The position numbers and the translations under genes are program-made. From Candidatus Thalassarchaeaceae archaeon (GTDB taxonomy: Archaea > Thermoplasmatota > Poseidoniia > Poseidoniales > Thalassarchaeaceae): DNA of 64,000 nucleotides. The notes under the pieces were generated by a model. The model searched no databases. It was not told the origin of the DNA and saw only the letters and a program-made list of their open reading frames with translations. The stretch spans positions 9,998-73,997 of the forward strand of contig JAPYUP010000004.1 in assembly GCA_029940695.1 (NCBI GenBank), read 5' to 3'. Positions 59,801 through 64,000 of this stretch are shown piece by piece (the stretch's first letter is position 1; every line of letters starts with the position of its first letter).

Positions 59801-62800
59801 CACGTCCCTCCTGAGAATCCTGTAACCTTTCTTGCCGGGATGCCGGCCAGCCTCACCATTACTGCGAAGACAGATGCGAACTCGTCGCAACTTCCCTCGT
59901 GAGAAGAGTTGAGCAACCAATGAGAGATGTCGCTGTCAGTTCCTAGCCCGTCCACCCTCTTAGAGCCATCATGATTCCTGAGGAATGTGATAGTGTCGTT
60001 TCCGTTGGTCAGGAAGTCCTGTATCGCAGCCACTTTGTCCCATGCAGACAGAGCCCCGGACTGGTTCAGGACAGTCTGTGTCAGGTTGTTGACGTATGCA
60101 CTGTCCTGATCCAAAAAAGCAGGGGGAAGGTCGAGTGCGTAGGTGCTTCCGGTGAAGGCTGTGGAGTTCTGCTTGACCTCAGCTGAGAGGATGACCTCGG
60201 GGGCTGAGACGTAGAGGGCCTCGATTATTGACGAGTCGATGATGATGTCCCTCGTGTAGTTCGAAAAGTTGAGTCCCGCCATGATATCCGACCAACTGGA
60301 GAAGTTCTGAACGTTGTAGGGCTGTATCAGTTCCTCGCCGGGACCGATGTACCCTGCCTCGTCGAAGATGAGCTCCCATAGGAGCTGGGTGCTGTGATTC
60401 CAGAAGGCCTGATCTGCGACTCCTTGGTCAGTCGACCATTCTGGGAAAACTTGTGTAAAAAAGCCTGCTAGGCTGGTGTTGACCCCCCAGGATACCCCAG
60501 TATAGGAATCGTAAGTGTGCCACCTCCAATAGTGAGTTACTGTTGGATCCATTCCGGTCGAGTAGTTGGTGGCAGTGAACATCAGTGCGTTCTCAATCAG
60601 GTCGTCCATCGGGTCAAATGGGTCCCCTGGTGATCCTATGCAACCCGACACCCAGAACTCGGGTGGGCATTCTTCGCCGTCAGGAACGCCCCCTCCATCG
60701 GAGTCGGGGTCCAGCCAGTCAGTGCCGATTTCGTCCTCTATGGTATTCGGTATTCCGTCCCCGTCGCTGTCGAGCGGGTTAATGTCGTCATCCGGGTTGT
60801 TTTGGGGGTTAGTACCGTCGATGTACTCCTGGCCATCATCTACCCCCCCGTTGTCAGAATCAGCCATGTTCCACAGGGTCAACCAAGAGTCGAAGGTAAG
60901 GTTACCACTCATGATTCCGAAAATCATGTCGCAGCCTGTCGTGTTCTCGAAGTAGTTGTTGAGACCGTCGTCATCCGTATCCAATAGGTTGTGGCATGGC
61001 TCCAAGGGATCAGTTTGGTTCTGAATCTCAGACAGGTCATCCACTCCATCGCCGTCGGAGTCTGTCATGTTGATGAAGGAATGATACCCCCAAGTCCCCA
61101 TTTGTTCCTCCCAATCCGCTAGGCCGTCACCATCCAAGTCGGGGTAGTCGTCGTCGCAGTTAGGGTCGTTGGTTGCGCCGGCTGTGGCGTTCCAGCACCA
61201 TGACCCATTGGTGAAGACGACGGTGGATGCGTCGTTTGGCTTCGCTGTGTTCACGCCTCTCAGCCAATTGACTTCGATGGATGTGAATCCAAAGGGGGTC
61301 CTCTCCCCACTGAAGGACTCATAGAATGCCATTGGAGCGCCCGACTGTCGCCAATCAACCGGGTTTGGGTTGAGTCCCAAAGTTGTGTTCAGAGTCAGGA
61401 TGTTCTGGTTTTCGTCCCAGTCAGTGATTGTGAAGACGAGTTCGACGAAGGATGTGCAAGGGTCCGTATTTCGGAAGAAGGAAAGCTCGTCGCCGTCGTT
61501 CATTCCGCCCCCATCTGAGTCTGAGACGTTCCAAAAGGAGCAACTCATGTTCTCCTGCCAATTCTGGACGCCGTCGCCGTCGAAATCTCCCTCATCATTG
61601 ACTCTCGTTGGATCTGTCTCGCCTTCGTCGATTATCCCGTTTCCGTTGAGATCCTCCTCGCCATCGTCTAGGTAGTCACCATCCGTGTTGTTGTCACGGG
61701 GGTCTGAGCCTTGTGGTGGGTTGTTGCCGTAGGAGCCGTTGAACTCGACCCCATCCGGAATGCCGTCGGAATCCGTGTCCGCAGAGGTCGGGTCGGTCAA
61801 GAGGATGAGTGCCTCGAAGGAGTCATTGAGGCCGTCGCCATCGGTATCGTTGTTCTGTGGGTCAGTCTGCGTTATCCCGTCGACCTCGGCTGTGAATATC
61901 TGACAGCCCCCTGGACCGAGGGATAGTATGGGGTTGCATGGAGACTCAGTGGCAGTCATGTTGGTCGGTCCAGGCCGGAAGTACTGCGTGGGTGGGAAGG
62001 TCGAACCGTTCCTCGTGCCCCAAGTCGGGTTGACGTACTCGTAGATGTTGACGAGGCCGTCTCCATCCGGGTCTCCGTAGGTACCATCTTGGTTGGAGTT
62101 AGAGGTCGGGTCCAAGCCATTAGCGGCCTCCCAACCGTCAGGCATACCATCACCGTCGGTGTCCCATCCGTTGGGGTCCTCGTCTATTAGGCCGTCACCA
62201 TCGTCGTCATCGGAGCTGCAGTCCGCATCACCATCGTTGTCCCCGTCGTTGGAATCCACCATGCCGTCCTTATCATTGTCGAAGGTGTCGGTGCAGATGT
62301 TGCCCATTGGATCCTCGTCAGCCCCATCTGAACCCGATCCCTGCATCAACTGCATGGCGCTTTCCTCGTCCCAGTTACTCACCGGGACGGTCCCATTCCA
62401 CCACACCCCGTTGTCGAGTACATTGGGAGTGGATGGCTCGTCCCACCCAACAGGGATACCGAAGAGATATTCGTTGAGGTTTGTGAGTGCATCCGAGTCA
62501 GGATCGCCGGTAGAGCCGTTGTCCCCAGTCGATGAGAGGGGGTCGAGCCCATACTGCCACTCCCAACCATCGGGAAGGCCGTCATTGTCGGAATCCCAGT
62601 CCTGAGGTTGGGTGTTGATGTAGAATTCGATTCCATAGGGCAGCCCGTCACCGTCTTGGTCCGTGGTTGCCTTAGCCTCCCATATTCCGAATTGCATCGC
62701 TGCGTGGCTAGACAGCAGCAGGAAGGCTGTGAAGACGAGCGCAGAGCGCTTCCTCTCCCTTGGACCCAAAGCTTCGTAACTTCCAATTACGAACAGCACG

Positions 62801-62808
62801 GCTACCAT
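53860..62808 (-). CDS. Giant membrane-anchored protein (2982 aa): TSP3-like repeats, a transglutaminase-like core, many Ig-like modules, a TM helix and a cytoplasmic DUF4129-like tail
   Basis: N-terminal anchor RKRSALVFTAFLLLSS. TSP3 modules (DQDGDGLPYGIE, DSDNDGLPDGWE, DTDGDGMPDGWE...). TGase core GSCDEFASVFAVMVRLAGIPARKVTGF with Cys codon at 59887-59889. TM helix AMLGFVFILVVAAALVSVAAVL. The tail reads FRKAIFNCYARLCAVLLRRGFLRRDFETVREF...FEEARYSSH. Confidence 0.85.
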   Translation of the reverse strand: MVAVLFVIGSYEALGPRERKRSALVFTAFLLLSSHAAMQFGIWEAKATTDQDGDGLPYGIEFYINTQPQDWDSDNDGLPDGWEWQYGLDPLSSTGDNGSTGDPDSDALTNLNEYLFGIPVGWDEPSTPNVLDNGVWWNGTVPVSNWDEESAMQLMQGSGSDGADEDPMGNICTDTFDNDKDGMVDSNDGDNDGDADCSSDDDDGDGLIDEDPNGWDTDGDGMPDGWEAANGLDPTSNSNQDGTYGDPDGDGLVNIYEYVNPTWGTRNGSTFPPTQYFRPGPTNMTATESPCNPILSLGPGGCQIFTAEVDGITQTDPQNNDTDGDGLNDSFEALILLTDPTSADTDSDGIPDGVEFNGSYGNNPPQGSDPRDNNTDGDYLDDGEEDLNGNGIIDEGETDPTRVNDEGDFDGDGVQNWQENMSCSFWNVSDSDGGGMNDGDELSFFRNTDPCTSFVELVFTITDWDENQNILTLNTTLGLNPNPVDWRQSGAPMAFYESFSGERTPFGFTSIEVNWLRGVNTAKPNDASTVVFTNGSWCWNATAGATNDPNCDDDYPDLDGDGLADWEEQMGTWGYHSFINMTDSDGDGVDDLSEIQNQTDPLEPCHNLLDTDDDGLNNYFENTTGCDMIFGIMSGNLTFDSWLTLWNMADSDNGGVDDGQEYIDGTNPQNNPDDDINPLDSDGDGIPNTIEDEIGTDWLDPDSDGGGVPDGEECPPEFWVSGCIGSPGDPFDPMDDLIENALMFTATNYSTGMDPTVTHYWRWHTYDSYTGVSWGVNTSLAGFFTQVFPEWSTDQGVADQAFWNHSTQLLWELIFDEAGYIGPGEELIQPYNVQNFSSWSDIMAGLNFSNYTRDIIIDSSIIEALYVSAPEVILSAEVKQNSTAFTGSTYALDLPPAFLDQDSAYVNNLTQTVLNQSGALSAWDKVAAIQDFLTNGNDTITFLRNHDGSKRVDGLGTDSDISHWLLNSSHEGSCDEFASVFAVMVRLAGIPARKVTGFSGGTWNGESFMVYGKDFSRWVEVHLQTNQNQGELDLGWIPFEACPPMSLVEVVNETWGPSAIERNISKSETIWVEGTLKYADNSTSVENVTLLMYLVEPDDADDVPGRSAVVRHLVANTTTGENGSFNLTGLPSEVIRPGYGSLVIQTIEQGYVGTQGVTFRWHINVTDDVVLSLSEPPPIEEPMLGIGVNTTVLGQLSWSSNPSLDPSLVDDLQVVLNYVTVTDGEVNLTSGVGGGGYYEFSVPIAESEPLGLINASISFLGWHEDDLNNATPPSYHAFPSAFAVMFNITLSPNLSVTLEAQGSNNSILEIDNPIFLNGTVLSRGENPSTLNGTLILEMRRLDIAGPFTTLFTWYLNDTSWDPPLSGDFAINWSFSAAEVPIPAGPVEVRIQFDAEGLFANDQVQFSEYGIRSFVEFNYTLSPKPRGIQAEVEVILTDHTGNSFASFEGAYNLDFDGIDVWNETDPSSPRLVVVWSPAWDMEPGDYDWFLNYSGSTWFQPASSQETIRIRGLANVSASINLDWTPRGGTNWVTGFARDMVLNSVVTGNNSSVTMRLEVPSSLPPTPFGPPPPDIYILATGWVNTTTGGYNLSFEMPSGVTSGVYTIRIKLDFSVNPPFGGHYYAVSDGTEILAGIQSEFVVTTEPNAVILVAGDALVVNATVTDVEDDSQSIGDVGLDLYFDWGGPLQQVLDFATTDSGGVAVFSSIIPSSIAPGFYDIRIHAPDDLSDNLSSENAGRWLANHSIVNLTVQVPSFVEISSIPNEVTALQYFTIAGTVIDSVDSNRTIQGPVGLEIFFLDQADEILIENHTTDSNGSFNVSVPTDTLGDGVTKGMRTVVVSVLNGTTPFYLTGTGDASILVRGIPQFVGTTPFLNTVINRGETATITSRLVEFSDNDEGLSGYSVSAKFHDTWLEQEITSGDGSIAFEFDIPHNHPLGVVNITLFFNGSEDLHATIRTISTITVRSSANMNINPIIDNPLAGEFFNVTGSLVSSNGSALTDRSGNLLNPTLTFSIDGESDIFMVSQIAFNQDGNWSALLRLDLSFPRGSHGIIVLFTPEVSYYTTATDLALFDSRGYSLLSIVYPTDLDPDSRTLRGDMIDVNVSIIDNTENPVPSAQLSIQIDGAPVWNGMTNLDGEASAEILVDPDRSPGPMTVTAIFTGVNGTTGLLGDEVWTRVIVLAPTELRITGVTQPSIVGNTVTFNGTLLDERGQPLAEDGAHTGGVIHLTIDGIDVGPTYTTISNATKGHWMITYDLPLGMEFGAHQVGVNFLGGFTWVDPMGQGDSLNPEFYLPSSHSTEFNVTQTSQVIISTPPGDVDRSDLVLVQGLLTDGIGRGLPNRDIEVSMNGQFMTGLKVGDNGSFSVYISVPPDMPLGSRVIEIKFSGESFILPSNSSTVITVYGPVYTSIEEPSPAAVGNSVILRGTAKDNLEDGWLGNHTIEIFVDGILIGITSTGDNGHWALPWIIPDSLDIGNHTLYAVAPAQGYHRQGHVETILTISYHTIISVQVEESSVTRGSEWNFSGRLYEGDTGFEMGLDGREVSILLDGFVIVTVTTELGGLFNYSHSMGYSIYRGGHNVSFSYEGEFLYLATEANLTAFVLSDILIEVQPITSKIIRGNTSHSILIQGFVREIGGDSSIFENLTISLSWGEINLPLQGGPWDNPGTMNFQMRAKAQEFLPPGKNIVTIKIESDQSRFLNGASTDIEIMVMIEVDFTLSSIELSTGQRVIRGTVNATARDTGSPVEGLSMTAMLMNGSTAHFFISRLTDADGVFEYEFKSLSPLPPLSDTSSWGRLSVMLDSDSDFIDARSLAYLPSGGILIEYEEDASDSLFGTAMLGFVFILVVAAALVSVAAVLTRRRKAAIKELAGVFSYTADMLASGDEFRKAIFNCYARLCAVLLRRGFLRRDFETVREFEIAIRNALPINETSLVALDRIFEEARYSSHVLGGLHRENAQIALASVLQEIEELQEIPQRNTPPIEAEA

Positions 62809-62846
62809 TCCCGTTTTGTTGGCGCTACCAACGGGTCTTAAGACGA

Positions 62847-62865
62847 ATGGAGCGTCGTTCGGACA
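62847..62865 (-). promoter_or_regulatory. Conserved 19-nt upstream element, copy 2 (sense strand TGTCCGAACGACGCTCCAT)
   Basis: 18 of 19 nt are identical to 22160-22178. It begins 39 nt upstream of the ATG at 62808. A CTTAAG TATA-like stretch lies between the element and the start. Confidence 0.5.
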
Positions 62866-62877
62866 GATACGAGGGGT

Positions 62878-64000
62878 TCAGACGAGTTCGACGTCCTCGT
62901 CATCGTATCTATCTGTTCGCGTCCCGCTATCAGCGACTGTAACCGGTGAGGGAATCTGCGGCTCTTCCTCTGTTTCCCCTATGGCTTGATCTACGGAAAT
63001 CGTATCAATCAATGCCATCTGAGCGGCCCAGCGACGCCGGTTCATCCTGCTCTGGATCCCAGCGAACAGCAGCAGTACGCTAACAACGACTAGAACTAGC
63101 GTAATCGGACGTGGGTGGGTCAACTCATTCAGGAGAATGTCGGGTATGGAACTAATCTCTATTACAGCATTGAGAGTGAACGTTGCAGTATAGGACTCGG
63201 AGAAGCCCTGCTCGGTATCTAGCGGCGTAGCTGAGATTGAGATTGGGACCGAATCACCGTTGTTTGCTGATTCGGGGACGGATATCTCGATAGTGAAGCC
63301 AGTCTCCTCAAAGGCTCCGATTTCAATGAGTGGGGAGCCGGACAACCCCCCAATCTCAACGCTCCATCCGCTTTCCTCGACATCTGATTCCAATAAGACG
63401 GTGAGTGGGCTGTTTCCTTCGTTCTTGATCTTCATCTGGATCGAGATTTGACTGCCAGGAGTGAGTTTGGTGTTCTGAGAAACCTGGAGAATCTCGAGCA
63501 TGGGGTTGTCGGCGTCGATCTCGAATGTCATGGGCAGGTCGAAGTACCTTTGATCTGATTCCTCGGTGTCCTCGATGATTCTTAAGTAAACAGTGTGGTT
63601 ACCGACTTCGACTTGGTTGGTCAGAGTCACGCTGACGAAGACCTCGGTGAAGTCGCCTGGTCCGAGCGAGACCCTAGGAACCGATTCGCCGTCGGCATCG
63701 GTGATTTGGAACTCCCATTGGCCATATGCTGGATTGCGATCGGTGTTCTCCTTCATAGAGGACGGGTTCTGGATTAACCACCAAGTTGCTGATTCGTCCT
63801 CAGTCATGCTGTTGGAAATCCTAGCTCTGAACTCTATTGTCGGCTTGTCCGACCCGGGTGCACACAGTGATATCTTCATGTGGCCCATTGGGGTTCCGTC
63901 GCAGTCCTGCGAAATCTCAGCGCGAACACCGAAGGTCCTCTGAATGGTGAATGTCACCACTGAATTCAGCGAAGCGTTACCGCTGCTGATGACCTCGAGT
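62878..64000 (-). CDS. Surface protein with CARDB/NEW3-like beta-sandwich domains and a C-terminal TM anchor. The 5' end lies beyond the window.
   Basis: The reading frame stays open to nt 63999 (LEVISSGNASLNS precedes the GTG at 63960). KIKNEGNSPLTVLLESDV is CARDB-like. The TM helix is ITLVLVVVSVLLLFAGI, followed by an acidic C-terminus. Confidence 0.6.
   Translation of the reverse strand, partial: LEVISSGNASLNSVVTFTIQRTFGVRAEISQDCDGTPMGHMKISLCAPGSDKPTIEFRARISNSMTEDESATWWLIQNPSSMKENTDRNPAYGQWEFQITDADGESVPRVSLGPGDFTEVFVSVTLTNQVEVGNHTVYLRIIEDTEESDQRYFDLPMTFEIDADNPMLEILQVSQNTKLTPGSQISIQMKIKNEGNSPLTVLLESDVEESGWSVEIGGLSGSPLIEIGAFEETGFTIEISVPESANNGDSVPISISATPLDTEQGFSESYTATFTLNAVIEISSIPDILLNELTHPRPITLVLVVVSVLLLFAGIQSRMNRRRWAAQMALIDTISVDQAIGETEEEPQIPSPVTVADSGTRTDRYDDEDVELV

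Overview
The window is archaeal chromosomal DNA. The markers are CDP-archaeol synthase, archaeosine synthase ArcS, an STT3/AglB oligosaccharyltransferase, archaeal-type PheRS-beta and GluRS, and ribosomal protein uS15. The mix of giant Ca-binding-repeat surface proteins with a compact housekeeping backbone suggests a marine planktonic Thermoplasmatota-type archaeon (Marine Group II/III-like), but that is only an inference. Housekeeping genes I recognise are pheT, rnhB, gltX, rps15, arcS, dnaJ, pcp, purD, carS, gdhA, an XPD helicase, an HD phosphohydrolase and an MBL-fold hydrolase. Four giant minus-strand ORFs (1908, 1443, 3166 and 2982 aa) fill 28,509 of the 64,000 nt (about 45%). They are: (1) a protein with thrombospondin-type-3-like repeats and a beta-propeller; (2) a right-handed beta-helix protein; (3) an AglB/STT3 catalytic core fused to an extra N-terminal membrane block and about 2,000 aa of extracellular repeats; and (4) a protein combining TSP3-like repeats, a transglutaminase-like core and a cytoplasmic DUF4129-like tail. 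The AglB fusion, a membrane subtilase, the beta-helix protein and a wHTH-STAND-TPR ATPase form a tight co-directional four-gene cluster (23097-40840), which I rank as the best candidate for an undescribed system. A near-identical 19-nt element lies about 40 nt upstream of both TSP3 giant genes, which are 40 kb apart. A dense palindrome cluster precedes a ribbon-helix-helix regulator gene, and it shares a 9-mer with the promoter region of a REC-REC-PPDK_N protein gene. By eye I found no rRNA, tRNA, CRISPR array, transposase or integrase, but I could not run tRNAscan, Infernal or HMM searches. All domain calls rest on motifs read from the translated ORFs.
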